Positions 19,449 to 29,608 of a stretch of DNA of 64,000 nt are shown here, piece by piece. A model generated the notes under the pieces. That model was given only the letters and a program-made list of their open reading frames with translations. It did not search any database and was not told the origin of the DNA. Each line of letters starts with the position of its first letter. Within the stretch, counting starts at the first letter, position 1. A program made the translations under genes and the position numbers. Location of the stretch: contig JAEUIN010000382.1 of assembly GCA_016793115.1 (NCBI GenBank), positions 11,385-75,384 of the forward strand, read 5' to 3'. Source of the DNA: Planctomycetaceae bacterium (GTDB lineage: Bacteria; Planctomycetota; Planctomycetia; Pirellulales; PNKZ01).

Positions 19449-20861
19449 TCAGCCGTGCACCACCACGGTCTTCGTCTCCGTCATCTCTTCCACGGCGTAC
19501 TTCGGCCCCTCTTTGCCGAGGCCGGAATCTTTTAATCCACCGTACGGCATCAAGTCGGCGCGCCACGCGGTGCCCCAGTTGATGTGAATGTTGCCGCTTT
19601 CGACTTGGCGGGCGAACTTCAACGCGTGATCGATGTTTTGCGTAAACACTGCGGCGCTCAGTCCGTAGCGAGTGGAATTCGCCAGCGCGATCGCTTCGTC
19701 AATGGAGCCGACCCGCGTCACGGCGACCGCCGGACCGAACAGCTCCTCACAGCTTAACTTCATCTCCGGTTTCACGTCGGCCACGACCGCCGGCTCGACC
19801 ACCGCGCCTCGGCGGGTCCCGCCGCACAATACGCGTGCTCCGCCGGCCTTCGCTTCGTTGATCCACTCCTCAACGCGCACCGCATCGGCCTCGCGCACCA
19901 TCGGCCCCATCTGCGTTTGCGGGTCGAGTTGATCGCCGACGCGCAGCGCCTTAACTTTCGGCGTAAGCAAGTCCAACAGGTCGTCGTATTGCTTCCCAAG
20001 TGCGATCACGCGCTGGGTGGAAATGCAGACTTGGCCCGCGTTACCGTAGCCTGTCGCGACGGCCGCATCGGCAACTTTCTGCAAGTCCGCATCGGGCAGC
20101 ACGACCAGCGGGCTGTTCGAACCGAGTTCCATCGTCACGCGCTTGATGCCCGCGATCGAACAGAGGTGTTCGCCGACGTCGCGGCTCCCCGTAAAGCTCA
20201 CCTTGCGCACACGCGCGTCGCGCACGAGCGCCTCGCCGACCACCTTGCCGGGTCCGGTAATGCAAGCGATCCCTTCCGGAGGCAGGCCCGCTTCGAGCAA
20301 GATTTCGACCAAACGTAGGGCGGAGAGAGGCGTATCGCCGGCCGGCTTGACGATCACGGCATTGCCCGCCGCCAGCGCCGGCCCGACCTTATGCGTCACC
20401 AAGTTGAGCGGGAAGTTGAACGGCGTAATCGCCGCGACCACGCCGCAGGGCACGCGCAACGTGAAGCCGAACTTTCCCGCCCCGCCGGATGAGCCGTCGA
20501 GCGGCAGCACCTCCCCTTCGATGCGCTTCGCCTCTTCGGCCGACAACTCCATCGTTTCCTTCGCCCGCATGACTTCGCCTTTACCTTCGGCGAGCGTCTT
20601 CCCTTCTTCCTGACTGATCGTGCGACCGAGATCTGCGGCCCGCTCTTCCATAAGCTGCGCCGCCTTGAGCAGAATCTGGTAGCGCTTGTAGCCTGGCAAG
20701 GCGGCCATCACCTTCGCCCCGGCCGCGGCGCCCGCAAGCGCCCGCTCGACGTCGTCGGCCGTCGCCGAGGGAACCGTATCGACGACCGATTTGTCGTAAG
20801 GGTTGTGAACCTCGATCGACTTCACGGCGTCACTCCACTGCCCCGCCAAAAACATCCGCAT
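19449..20861 (-). CDS. NAD(P)+-dependent aldehyde dehydrogenase
   Basis: 470 aa with TMELGSNSP (ELGG-type) and GQVCISTQRV catalytic-Cys motifs. Confidence 0.9.
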   Translation of the reverse strand: MRMFLAGQWSDAVKSIEVHNPYDKSVVDTVPSATADDVERALAGAAAGAKVMAALPGYKRYQILLKAAQLMEERAADLGRTISQEEGKTLAEGKGEVMRAKETMELSAEEAKRIEGEVLPLDGSSGGAGKFGFTLRVPCGVVAAITPFNFPLNLVTHKVGPALAAGNAVIVKPAGDTPLSALRLVEILLEAGLPPEGIACITGPGKVVGEALVRDARVRKVSFTGSRDVGEHLCSIAGIKRVTMELGSNSPLVVLPDADLQKVADAAVATGYGNAGQVCISTQRVIALGKQYDDLLDLLTPKVKALRVGDQLDPQTQMGPMVREADAVRVEEWINEAKAGGARVLCGGTRRGAVVEPAVVADVKPEMKLSCEELFGPAVAVTRVGSIDEAIALANSTRYGLSAAVFTQNIDHALKFARQVESGNIHINWGTAWRADLMPYGGLKDSGLGKEGPKYAVEEMTETKTVVVHG

Positions 20862-20884
20862 GACTCGCGCTCCGATGTGTGCGT

Positions 20885-21040
20885 GTGACGCCGCCCATTA
20901 TGCGGCGCACGGAAGGTGAATTACCAGCCCCGAGCGCGCGTAAGCGAATAAACGAAATCCGTCGCGGGATACGCCGGCGACGTCGAAGTCGCCTCGCTTG
21001 CGCTTGGGGCTGGTATTTCCGTTTGCGGCGTCGACAATAC
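20885..21040 (+). ncRNA. candidate cobalamin riboswitch-like leader (weak)
   Basis: GCCGC-CCATTAT-GCGGC hairpin, then GGAAGGTGAATTACCAGCC..GTAAGCG, then a B12-box-like GTCGCGGGATACGCCGGC. Lies immediately upstream of a BtuF-like binding protein. Eye match only. Confidence 0.25.
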
Positions 21041-21045
21041 TCCCC

Positions 21046-21927
21046 ATGCGTATCGCCTCTCTCATCAGCAGCGCCACCGAGATGCTCTTCGGCATCGGGC
21101 TCGACGACGAAATCGTCGCCGTGAGCCATGAGTGCGACCATCCGTCGCAAGCCGCGCTGCGCCCGAAAGCTTCCTTCACAAACATCGCCGCCGACGCGCC
21201 GAGCGCGCTGATCGATCGGCAAGTCAAGGAACTTGTCGCGGCCGGCAAGCCGCTCTACGAAGTCGATATCGACCTCTTAGCAGAACTGCGGCCTGACGTC
21301 ATCGTCACGCAGGCGCAATGCGACGTCTGCGCCGTGCGCTACGACGACGTCGCGACCGCCGTCGCCGGCGAACCGAGTTTAAGGCACACAAAGCTCATCG
21401 CCCTGAATCCGATGAGCCTAGGCGACATCCTGTCCGACATACGCCGCGTCGCCGCCGAAGTCGGCCGGGCCGAGGCCGGCGAACGCTACGCCGCAAGCCT
21501 TGCAGCCCGTATCGCCGCCGTCGCGAATCGAACCGCGACGCTCTCCGCCGCCGAGCGTCCACTCGTCGCCTGCATCGAATGGATCGACCCGCTGATGATC
21601 GCCGGCAATTGGAACCCGGAACTGATTCATTTGGCCGGCGGCCGGCAAATCTGGGCCGAGCCCGGCAAGCACAGCACCTATACCCCGTGGGACGACGTTC
21701 GCTCGGCCGACCCGGACGTGATCGTCGTCATGCCGTGCGGCTTCGACCAGATACGTACGGAGCGCGAAGCGGAGTCGTTGAAAGAACTTCCCGGCTGGCA
21801 AGATTTGAACGCTGTGCGAAGCGGTCGCGTTCACTGCGTCGACGGCAACGCTTTATTCAACCGCTCGGGGCCGCGTTTGGTGGATAGTCTCGAACTCTTG
21901 CACAAGCTCTTACAACCAGCGCTGTAG
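21046..21927 (+). CDS. cobalamin/siderophore-type periplasmic-binding-fold protein (BtuF-like), no signal peptide
   Basis: MRIASLISSATEMLFGIGLDDEIVAVSHECDHP ... PDVIVTQ ... NPELI ... PDVIVVMPCG, typical of class III substrate-binding proteins. Confidence 0.6.
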   Translation: MRIASLISSATEMLFGIGLDDEIVAVSHECDHPSQAALRPKASFTNIAADAPSALIDRQVKELVAAGKPLYEVDIDLLAELRPDVIVTQAQCDVCAVRYDDVATAVAGEPSLRHTKLIALNPMSLGDILSDIRRVAAEVGRAEAGERYAASLAARIAAVANRTATLSAAERPLVACIEWIDPLMIAGNWNPELIHLAGGRQIWAEPGKHSTYTPWDDVRSADPDVIVVMPCGFDQIRTEREAESLKELPGWQDLNAVRSGRVHCVDGNALFNRSGPRLVDSLELLHKLLQPAL

Positions 21928-22004
21928 GGAACGCCCTCCGCGGCGTTCCGAGTGCGGTATCCATGCAGCTTAGGGGATCGTCCTCTGCAGCGTTCCCTGC
22001 AGGG
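21927..22004. repeat. REP-like palindromic unit pair between convergent genes
   Basis: Hairpin GGAACGCC-ctccgc-GGCGTTCC (21928-21949). GGGAACGC (21927-34) pairs long-range with GCGTTCCC (21990-97). Self-complementary CCCTGCAGGG at 21995-22004. Confidence 0.45.
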
Positions 22005-22007
22005 CAC

Positions 22008-23456
22008 TTAGCTCAATACCTCGCGCACCACGCGTCCATGTACGTCGGTCAAGCGGCGCTCGATGCCGTTGTGGTATACGCTCAGTCGCTGATGATCGAG
22101 CCCGACGAGATGCAAGATCGTCGCATGCAGATCGTAGATCGTGGTCACGTTCTCCACCGCGCGGTAGCCGAACTCGTCAGTCGCGCCGTAGCTGAAGCCG
22201 GGCTTCACCCCGGCCCCCGTCATCCAAGCCGTGAATCCCGAGGGATTATGGTCGCGGCCGTTGGCGCCTTTCTGAAACGTCGGCATCCGGCCGAACTCGG
22301 TCACCCACACGACGAGCGTGTCGTTCAACAAGCCGCGGCGTTTCAAGTCGGTAAGCAGCGCTGCACACGGCTGGTCGAGAATCTCGGCATGGCCGGGATA
22401 CTGATCGGCGATCTTTTTATGCCCATCCCAGTTGCCCACGCCTTCGCCCATTGCGTACGAACCGTTGAACAACTGCACAAACCGCACGCCGCGCTCAAGC
22501 AACCGGCGCGCGAGTAAACAATTGCGCGCGAAGCCGGCCTTGTTCGCGTTCCGGTCATCGAGCCCGTAGAGCGTCCGGGTCGCCGCCGATTCCTGGGAGA
22601 AATCCGCGACTTCAGCCGCTTCAAGTTGCATCCGCCCGGCGAGTTCATACGCGGCTATCCGTGCCGCCAGTTCGCTCTCCTGCGGTCGCGTCGCAAGATG
22701 CCGTTCGTTCAAAGCCTTGAGGAATCGGCGCGTCGCCAAATCGGCGTCGACCGAGAGTGCTTTCGGCCGAGTGAGATTCGCGATCGGTTTGTCGGCGTTG
22801 AACGCCGTGCCCTGAAACACCGCCGGCAGGAACGCCGAGTTCCAATGATTCGGCCCGACCTGCGGCACCCCGCGCGGATCCGGAATCGCCACAAACGCCG
22901 GCAGGTCGGCGCACTCCGTGCCGAGCGCATACGTCACCCATGCCCCCATGCCGGGAAAACCGTCGAGCGTGAACCCTGTCGACATCTGATTTTCCGCGGG
23001 CCCGTGCGTATTGCTCTTCGCCGTCATTCCGTGCCAAAAGCAAATATCGTCGGCATGCTCGCCGATCTTCGGCAGCAAGTCGCTCGTCAGCTTGCCCGAT
23101 TTCCCGCGCGGACGAAACTTCCAAATCGGGGCGACCAAATTGCCGTTCTCGCCTTGGAACGTCACTAGGTTGTCATTGCCCGGCATTGGTTTGCCGTCGT
23201 ATTTCACGAGCGCCGGCTTGTAGTCGAACGTGTCGACATGACTGATCGCGCCCGAACAGAAAATGACGAGCACCTGCTTCGCTTTGGGGGCGAAGTGCGG
23301 CGGCCGCGGCGCGAGCGGCGCTTCCGGCTTGACGACCGGACGAATCGGCGGCACCTTCGCGGCTCGCGACTCGTCGGCGAACAGCGACGCCAACGCGACG
23401 CCCGTCAGCCCGCTTGCGGCTTGGCCCAGGAACAGACGGCGGGACGGAGTTTCCAT
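22008..23456 (-). CDS. Tat-exported DUF1501 (sulfatase-fold) protein, module 1
   Basis: Twin-arginine leader [16 protein letters not shown] and typical blocks ([31 protein letters not shown]). Starts ~20 bp after the stop of the DUF1553 gene. Confidence 0.85.
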   Translation of the reverse strand: METPSRRLFLGQAASGLTGVALASLFADESRAAKVPPIRPVVKPEAPLAPRPPHFAPKAKQVLVIFCSGAISHVDTFDYKPALVKYDGKPMPGNDNLVTFQGENGNLVAPIWKFRPRGKSGKLTSDLLPKIGEHADDICFWHGMTAKSNTHGPAENQMSTGFTLDGFPGMGAWVTYALGTECADLPAFVAIPDPRGVPQVGPNHWNSAFLPAVFQGTAFNADKPIANLTRPKALSVDADLATRRFLKALNERHLATRPQESELAARIAAYELAGRMQLEAAEVADFSQESAATRTLYGLDDRNANKAGFARNCLLARRLLERGVRFVQLFNGSYAMGEGVGNWDGHKKIADQYPGHAEILDQPCAALLTDLKRRGLLNDTLVVWVTEFGRMPTFQKGANGRDHNPSGFTAWMTGAGVKPGFSYGATDEFGYRAVENVTTIYDLHATILHLVGLDHQRLSVYHNGIERRLTDVHGRVVREVLS

Positions 23457-23476
23457 CGCGAACCTTAAAGCAAAGA

Positions 23477-26400
23477 TCAAAATACGTACAAAAACTCGTT
23501 GCTGTTCAGCAGCGCACGGCAGAGCGCCGACAAGCCATGCCGCTTAACAAGCGTCGCGGCTTCCTCAAACTCTTCGCGCTCCGGCGCGCGGCCGAGGGTA
23601 AGACGAAACGCTTGAGCGATTTGCGCGTCCGTCGCCTTGCCGGCCTCGCGCTCCACGCGCTCGGCCAATAGGCTTGCCTGCTGCATTAGGAACGGACTAT
23701 TCAGCAAGTTCAAAGCTTGTAGCGGCGTCGTCGAGCGCGACCGCTTCGGCGCCGTTTGGCCGGCGTCGGGACAATCGAACGCACCGAACACGTCGTCGAG
23801 TTGCATTCGCGGCTTCGCTTGGTAGATCATCCGCCGCCACGCATCGGGCCCGAACTCCTGCCGCGACTGGTAAACCTTCACGTAGTTGTCGTTGGGCTCA
23901 AAGAGATCGAAGCCCGGCCCGCCGCGACGCAAATCAAGATTGCCGGATACGAACAAGATCGCATCGCGCAGCGGTTCGGCTTCCAGCCGGCGCGGCGAGT
24001 AGCGCCAGAGATATTGATTGTCGGCGTCGATCGCCAAGGACGAAACTTGGAAATCGGAACGAGGAGTAGAATAAGCCGCCTTCCCGCTTCCCACCTCCGC
24101 CTTCTGTTTATATGTCTCGCTAGTAACGATCAGGCGATGCACATGCTTCAGGCTCCAAGCGTGATCGATCAATTCCGCGGCCAGCCAATCGAGCAACTCC
24201 GGGTGGGTCGTCCGTGCGCCGTTCAGTCCGAAGTCGCTCGGCGTGTCGACGAGGCCGCGGCCGAAATGATGCTGCCACAGCCGATTCACGATCACTCGCG
24301 CCGTCAGCGGATTCTTTGGATCGACGATCCAGCGCGCCAACGCCAAGCGACGTTCGTACTCCGGCGCGTCGGCCGCGACGGTCCACGTCGCGCCGAACTT
24401 CGCGAGCCCGCCGGGCGCGATCGGCTCGCGCGATTGCATCGGATCGCCGCGGTGAAAACGAAATGTCGGCTCGGGGTTCTCAAATCGACCGGCGTAGACC
24501 ATGGGCATCGCCTTCGCCTCGGCGAGGAGTCGCTGCAACTCACCGCGCCGCGCATTCAGAGCGGCGAGTTCCGCCTTGTCGGCCGCGGACAGATTCGGCC
24601 GTTCGCGCACGGTCGACTTCGGCTGCGCGACGCCGTACGGCAAGCGATCGTCGCCGCTTGCCACTCCCTTCCACACGCCGGGCGACGTCTGCACTTCGAT
24701 CACGTATTGCGACGGAATGCGATCGGTGTAGCGCCCGTCGGCCGCGCGATCGCGGCTCCACACCACGCGGTCGATCGTCATCGGTCGAGGAAAAAGGAGC
24801 GTCATCGCTCCTTCTCCCTTTTTGCTCGAGATCCAACTTCGCGAGTTACCGTACTGCCCGTCGTTCACATGCTCGAGCTTGTGTTTTTCGCTGCGCGGAT
24901 ACGATCCGGAGGCCTTGGCCGTCGTGCCGAAACTCGCCAGGGCCACGTTGCGCGGCTGCGCCTCGCTCGTAAAAACTTCCAACTCGTCTAAACATGGCTC
25001 CGATCCGTTGTTCACGGCGAGCACCGTGAATCGCAACGCGATCGTTTCGACCGGTGCAAACCGTTCTTCATTCGCGAACCGGCTCACGGCCGGACGCAAC
25101 AGCGATCCGAACTTCGCCAAGTCGCGCTCGACTTTCGTGAGCTCCTCGGCAAGTCGCTTCGCTTTTTGCTCTCGCTCGGCGGCGTCCCCGATTCGCCAAG
25201 CCCGCTCGCCGTGCTTCACTCCGGCGAACACGGCTTTCATCGCGTAGTAATCCGTCTGGCTGACCGGATCGAACTTATGGTTATGGCACCGCGCACAGCC
25301 CACGGTCAGCCCCATGAACGCGCTGCCGGCGGCGCTCACCATGTCGTGCAGCTCGTCGGCCCGCTGATTGGCCGTGAGCACCGGTTCTTTGCTTTTGACG
25401 ACGTCGACCGCGCCGGCGACGAGAAACCCGGTCGCGGCGTCGACTCCCAATTGATCGCCCGCTAGTTGCTCCATCACGAACCGATCGTACGGCTTGTCGT
25501 CGTTGAACGCTTGAATCACGTAGTCGCGGTAGGGCCAAGCGTTTGCGCGCGGCCGATTGGTTTCAAACCCGTTCGACTCGGCGAAGCGGACGACGTCGAG
25601 CCAGTGTCGCGCCCAGCGCTCGCCGAAGTGCGGTGAAGCGAGGTACTTTTCAACCAGCGCCGCGTAGTCGCTCGCGCGGGCATTCGCCGTTTCTTCCGGC
25701 GTCGGCGGCAGCCCGAGCAGATCGAACTTCAATCGGCGCACGAGCACCGCCGGTTCGGCTTCGGGCGATGGGCGCAGCCCCTTCTCCAAGAGCTTCGCGC
25801 GAATAAACGCGTCGATCGGGTTGATCGGCGACGCCGCAGTTTCCCGGCGAGCGGTCGGCGTCGGCCGGCCGGTGACGTCGCCGACATCCGGCACCGCGGG
25901 CCGCACGAGCGGCTGGAACGACCAATGGGCTCTCTGTTCCGCTTCGGCGACGCCGTCGAGCGGCACTTCCACGCCGGCCGGCCAAACGGCCCCTTGATCG
26001 ATCCAGGCTTTGAATAAGGCGATTTCGTCGCGCGAAAGCCGTTCCCCTTCGGGCGGCATCACGCCGTCGTCGTCGCCGCCGGCGATCAACCGTACGGCTA
26101 AGCTCTCGGCGCTCTTGCCGGGCACGATCGCCGGTCCCTGTGCCCCTCCTTTGAGCGCGTCGGCGCGGCGGTCCCAGCGCAATTCGCCGGCCTGCTCTTC
26201 CGGGCCATGACATGACACGCACCGCGACGACAACAGCGGTTGAATCTCGGCGACAAAGTCGATCTTGTGAGCGCCGGCCGGCTTCGCACCCGTCGTCTCG
26301 GCGGCGCCGACGTCGTGTTGCGAACCGATCAGCCAAGCGCCCAAGAGCAGCAGCGCTCTGACGGCACCGCGCGCTTTGCCGGACGCCGCCGACTTCGCCG

Positions 26401-27070
26401 CTTCTTCCGCCGCCGCGGCGCGCACTTCGATCGCGTGCCGCACGGCGACGGCGCTGCTCAAACGAATATGATGCGTCATGGCGGCGCGGGCCTTTGCGGC
26501 GTCACCGCCGCGCAAAGCTTCGATGATCGCACGGTGCTCGCCGAGCGCGTGCGTGAGCGCTCCGGCGCCGTCGTCGACGCGATTGCGCATGAGTTGCACA
26601 AGATCGTGAAAGCGGCGAATCTCGACGGCCAAGACCGGATTGCCCGAACGCAACGCGATCAGCCGATGCAACTCGCGATCAAGCTCCAAGCAAGCTTCTC
26701 GAAATTGCGGCGCGGCGGGCGCGGCGGCCGCGACGAGTTGATCGAGCCGCGCGAAATCGGCCGGCGTCATACGTTCGCACGCCAGCTCCGCAGCCAATCC
26801 TTCGAGCGCTTCGCGCAGTTGATAGATGTGGCGTAGTTCGTCGCCGCCGAGATCGCGGACGATCGCCCCACGATTCGGCAGCAGTTCGACGAGTCCGTCG
26901 CGACCCAAGCGTCCGAGGGCTTCGCGAATGGGCGTGCGACTCACGCCGAGCCGATCGGCCAATTCGATTTCCCGCAGCCGTGTCCCCGGTGCCAGACGTC
27001 CGGCCAGCAACTCCTCCAAAAGCTGCTGCACGACTCGATCAGCCAACGAAAAGGCTTCGAGCTTGATCAT
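23477..27070 (-). CDS. in-frame fusion ORF: GntR/FCD regulator + signal-anchor + PSCyt(CxxCH)/DUF1549/discoidin-like/DUF1553 protein, module 1
   Basis: w[29 protein letters not shown] plus an FCD domain (residues ~21-235 of the track ORF). This is followed by [56 protein letters not shown] and the C-terminal [11 protein letters not shown]. No stop codon between the two parts. Confidence 0.7.
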   Translation of the reverse strand: MIKLEAFSLADRVVQQLLEELLAGRLAPGTRLREIELADRLGVSRTPIREALGRLGRDGLVELLPNRGAIVRDLGGDELRHIYQLREALEGLAAELACERMTPADFARLDQLVAAAAPAAPQFREACLELDRELHRLIALRSGNPVLAVEIRRFHDLVQLMRNRVDDGAGALTHALGEHRAIIEALRGGDAAKARAAMTHHIRLSSAVAVRHAIEVRAAAAEEAAKSAASGKARGAVRALLLLGAWLIGSQHDVGAAETTGAKPAGAHKIDFVAEIQPLLSSRCVSCHGPEEQAGELRWDRRADALKGGAQGPAIVPGKSAESLAVRLIAGGDDDGVMPPEGERLSRDEIALFKAWIDQGAVWPAGVEVPLDGVAEAEQRAHWSFQPLVRPAVPDVGDVTGRPTPTARRETAASPINPIDAFIRAKLLEKGLRPSPEAEPAVLVRRLKFDLLGLPPTPEETANARASDYAALVEKYLASPHFGERWARHWLDVVRFAESNGFETNRPRANAWPYRDYVIQAFNDDKPYDRFVMEQLAGDQLGVDAATGFLVAGAVDVVKSKEPVLTANQRADELHDMVSAAGSAFMGLTVGCARCHNHKFDPVSQTDYYAMKAVFAGVKHGERAWRIGDAAEREQKAKRLAEELTKVERDLAKFGSLLRPAVSRFANEERFAPVETIALRFTVLAVNNGSEPCLDELEVFTSEAQPRNVALASFGTTAKASGSYPRSEKHKLEHVNDGQYGNSRSWISSKKGEGAMTLLFPRPMTIDRVVWSRDRAADGRYTDRIPSQYVIEVQTSPGVWKGVASGDDRLPYGVAQPKSTVRERPNLSAADKAELAALNARRGELQRLLAEAKAMPMVYAGRFENPEPTFRFHRGDPMQSREPIAPGGLAKFGATWTVAADAPEYERRLALARWIVDPKNPLTARVIVNRLWQHHFGRGLVDTPSDFGLNGARTTHPELLDWLAAELIDHAWSLKHVHRLIVTSETYKQKAEVGSGKAAYSTPRSDFQVSSLAIDADNQYLWRYSPRRLEAEPLRDAILFVSGNLDLRRGGPGFDLFEPNDNYVKVYQSRQEFGPDAWRRMIYQAKPRMQLDDVFGAFDCPDAGQTAPKRSRSTTPLQALNLLNSPFLMQQASLLAERVEREAGKATDAQIAQAFRLTLGRAPEREEFEEAATLVKRHGLSALCRALLNSNEFLYVF

Positions 27071-27113
27071 AGCGAGACTCGCAGGCGGGAGGCGAAGAGG
27101 GCGGCAAGTGGAT

Positions 27114-27130
27114 TTGCATACTGTATACAA
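27114..27130. promoter_or_regulatory. candidate GntR-type operator
   Basis: 17-bp near-palindrome TTGCATAC-T-GTATACAA (7 of 8 half-site positions symmetric) with a GT..AC core, 44-60 bp upstream of the ATG at 27070. Confidence 0.35.
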
Positions 27131-27201
27131 TTTTTATCGCAGTTGCGAAGCAATTCCCAAATGACTACTAAATCCATTCACAGCAACACCTTAATGCCGC
27201 A

Positions 27202-28014
27202 TCACTTGTCGAGCGCGGCGGTGTGCTTGTAGACGAAGTCGACGATCGGCTGCGGGTCTTTGAGGCTATGTGGGTGATGGCCGACGCCCGGCTTCACGAT
27301 AACCGTGATCGGCCCACCGAGCGCCTGGTAGCGCTCCTCGACGAGTTTCGTATTCTCCGCGAACGGCACGACGTCGTCGGCGTCGCCGCAGACGTGCAGC
27401 AGCGGGATCTTTGCCGCCGCGAGCGGAGCGAGATTATCGACCGGGTTAAGCTTGTACGCGAGCGCCTCGTCTTCGGTGAAGCCGTAGGCTTCGAGACAGC
27501 GTTGCCAATCTTTCGGCGAGCCTTTACCGCTGCCGCGCCCAAGTGGCCAACTCTTGAAATCGCAGACCGGTGCATCGTTGTAGATGCAGGCGACACGGTC
27601 CGGATGCCGCGCCGCCCAGTTCAAGGAAAAGAGCCCACCGCGCGAAAAACCTTCCAAAGCGACCTTCGGCATTAGGCCGTACTCGCGTGTGACGTGATCG
27701 TAAAACTTGTCCATCGCGTCGAGCGCCTTTGGCGCACCGTAAAGATTCGTCACGTCGACGTAGGCGATGTGAAAACCTTTCGCGGTCAGCGCAACGTCGG
27801 CCTGCGGCTCATGCCCGAAGAACTCGGTGCGCCAGATCCACGGCTTGCCGACGTCGGCCTTCGGCGGAACGATCAACAAGGCTTTACGACCGTCGACGAC
27901 GAAATCGAGCCGCTCCAACCCCTGCCATGTGGAGCGCGCGACCTCGTCGGCGCGGGCGCAACCGGTGAAAGTCCAAGCCGCAACCAGTAAGCCCCAAACC
28001 AGTATCGCACGCAT
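27202..28014 (-). CDS. secreted alpha/beta hydrolase (esterase/dienelactone-hydrolase-like)
   Basis: Signal peptide with lipobox-like FTGC, nucleophile elbow GFSRGG, VCGDADDVVP (Asp) and GVGHHPH (His). Confidence 0.65.
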   Translation of the reverse strand: MRAILVWGLLVAAWTFTGCARADEVARSTWQGLERLDFVVDGRKALLIVPPKADVGKPWIWRTEFFGHEPQADVALTAKGFHIAYVDVTNLYGAPKALDAMDKFYDHVTREYGLMPKVALEGFSRGGLFSLNWAARHPDRVACIYNDAPVCDFKSWPLGRGSGKGSPKDWQRCLEAYGFTEDEALAYKLNPVDNLAPLAAAKIPLLHVCGDADDVVPFAENTKLVEERYQALGGPITVIVKPGVGHHPHSLKDPQPIVDFVYKHTAALDK

Positions 28015-28106
28015 CGCGTATCCCCTATCCGCCGACGAATTGACGCCACCGCGGCGATTCTAACTCACCACGGAGACACGAAGAACACGGAGCCAAATCG
28101 GTTCCG

Positions 28107-29588
28107 TTACGCGATGATCTGCCGAATCGGCTCGGCTCCTTCGACGCCGACGAGCTTTTGATCGAGCCCGTTGTAGAAGTACGCCAGCTTGTTCGGGTCG
28201 AGCCCCATCTGTTGCAGAATCGTAGCGTGCAAGTGCTTCACGTGGAAGCGATCGCTCACGGCCGCGCCGCCGAGTTCATCCGTCTCACCGACGCTCACGC
28301 CTCCCTTGATGCCGCCGCCGGCGAGCCACATCGTAAAGCCGTAGGCGTTGTGATCGCGGCCGGTCCCCTTGGCATATTCGGCCGTCGGCTGTCGGCCGAA
28401 CTCGCCACCCCAGACGACGATCGTTTCGTCGAGTAAGCCGCGCCGCGAGAGGTCTTCGAGCAGTCCGGCGATCGGCTTGTCGGTGTTGCCCGCGTGCTTG
28501 GTGTGGTTGGCGACGATGTCGGTATGAGCGTCCCAATTGTCGTCGTTGTGCGCGCCGCCGGAGTAGACCTGAATGAACCGCACGCCGCGCTCGACCATTC
28601 GCCGAGCCAGCAAGCACTTGCGGCCGAAATCCTCGGTCTTCTTGTCGTCGAGACCGTAGAGCTTGTGAGTTTCCGCAGTTTCGCCGGTCAAGTCGAACGC
28701 TTCGGGCGCGTGCTGCTGCATCTTGCAGGCGAGTTCATAGCTCGCGATGCGGGCCGCCAGTTCCGTATTGTCCGCGTGCTGCGCCTGATGCTCTTGGTTT
28801 TTCGCGCGGAGCCGATCGAGCATCCGCCGCTGCGCTGCGCGCGTCATACTTTCGGGAAGATCGAGATCGTGGATCGGCGTGCCGCTCGCGCGGACGACCG
28901 TCCCTTGAAACGCGGCGGGCATATAGCCGCTCGACCAATTCTTCGGCCCCGAGATCGGTCCGCCGGTCTTATCGAGCATCACGACGTAGCCCGGCAGGTT
29001 TTCGTTCTCGCTGCCGAGACCGTAGGTAATCCACGTGCCGAGGCTCGGGTGGCCGCTCAAAATGCGACCGGAGTTCATCATTAGCATCGCCGAGCCGTGG
29101 ATCGGTGATTCGGCGTACATCGAATGCAGAAACGCGAGCTTGTCCACGTGCTTGGCGACGTTGGGGAATAAGTCGCTAACGCGTTTGCCGCACTCGCCGT
29201 ATTGCTTGAAATCCCATTTCGGGCCGACGACGCGCCCTTCGTTGCGCTTGCCGCCGCGGCCGAACGTCTTGATCGGAATCGTTTTGCCGTCGAGCGGGTA
29301 GAGCTTCGGTTTGTAGTCGAACGTGTCGACGTGGCTCGGCCCGCCGTACATGAACAGAAAAATCACGCTCTTGGCTTTGGCCGGCAACATCGGCGGCTTC
29401 GGCGCCATCGGGTTGACGAACGCCGCCGCGCCCGGCTTGGCGTGCACCGCAGCATCGGCCGCGCTGGCGGGGGAGGCGAAGAAGCCGTCGCGCGCGAGCA
29501 AGCCGGTCAGCGCCGCCGCGCCGAACCCGCCGCCGGTCTGCCACAAAAACTCACGCCGCGTGCGTCGACAAAATTGATTCGCGCTCAT
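28107..29588 (-). CDS. Tat-exported DUF1501 protein, module 2
   Basis: Leader CRRTRREFLWQTGGGFGAAAL and blocks [32 protein letters not shown]. Confidence 0.85.
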   Translation of the reverse strand: MSANQFCRRTRREFLWQTGGGFGAAALTGLLARDGFFASPASAADAAVHAKPGAAAFVNPMAPKPPMLPAKAKSVIFLFMYGGPSHVDTFDYKPKLYPLDGKTIPIKTFGRGGKRNEGRVVGPKWDFKQYGECGKRVSDLFPNVAKHVDKLAFLHSMYAESPIHGSAMLMMNSGRILSGHPSLGTWITYGLGSENENLPGYVVMLDKTGGPISGPKNWSSGYMPAAFQGTVVRASGTPIHDLDLPESMTRAAQRRMLDRLRAKNQEHQAQHADNTELAARIASYELACKMQQHAPEAFDLTGETAETHKLYGLDDKKTEDFGRKCLLARRMVERGVRFIQVYSGGAHNDDNWDAHTDIVANHTKHAGNTDKPIAGLLEDLSRRGLLDETIVVWGGEFGRQPTAEYAKGTGRDHNAYGFTMWLAGGGIKGGVSVGETDELGGAAVSDRFHVKHLHATILQQMGLDPNKLAYFYNGLDQKLVGVEGAEPIRQIIA

Positions 29589-29608
29589 GCTTTCGCTCCG
29601 GACTTGTT

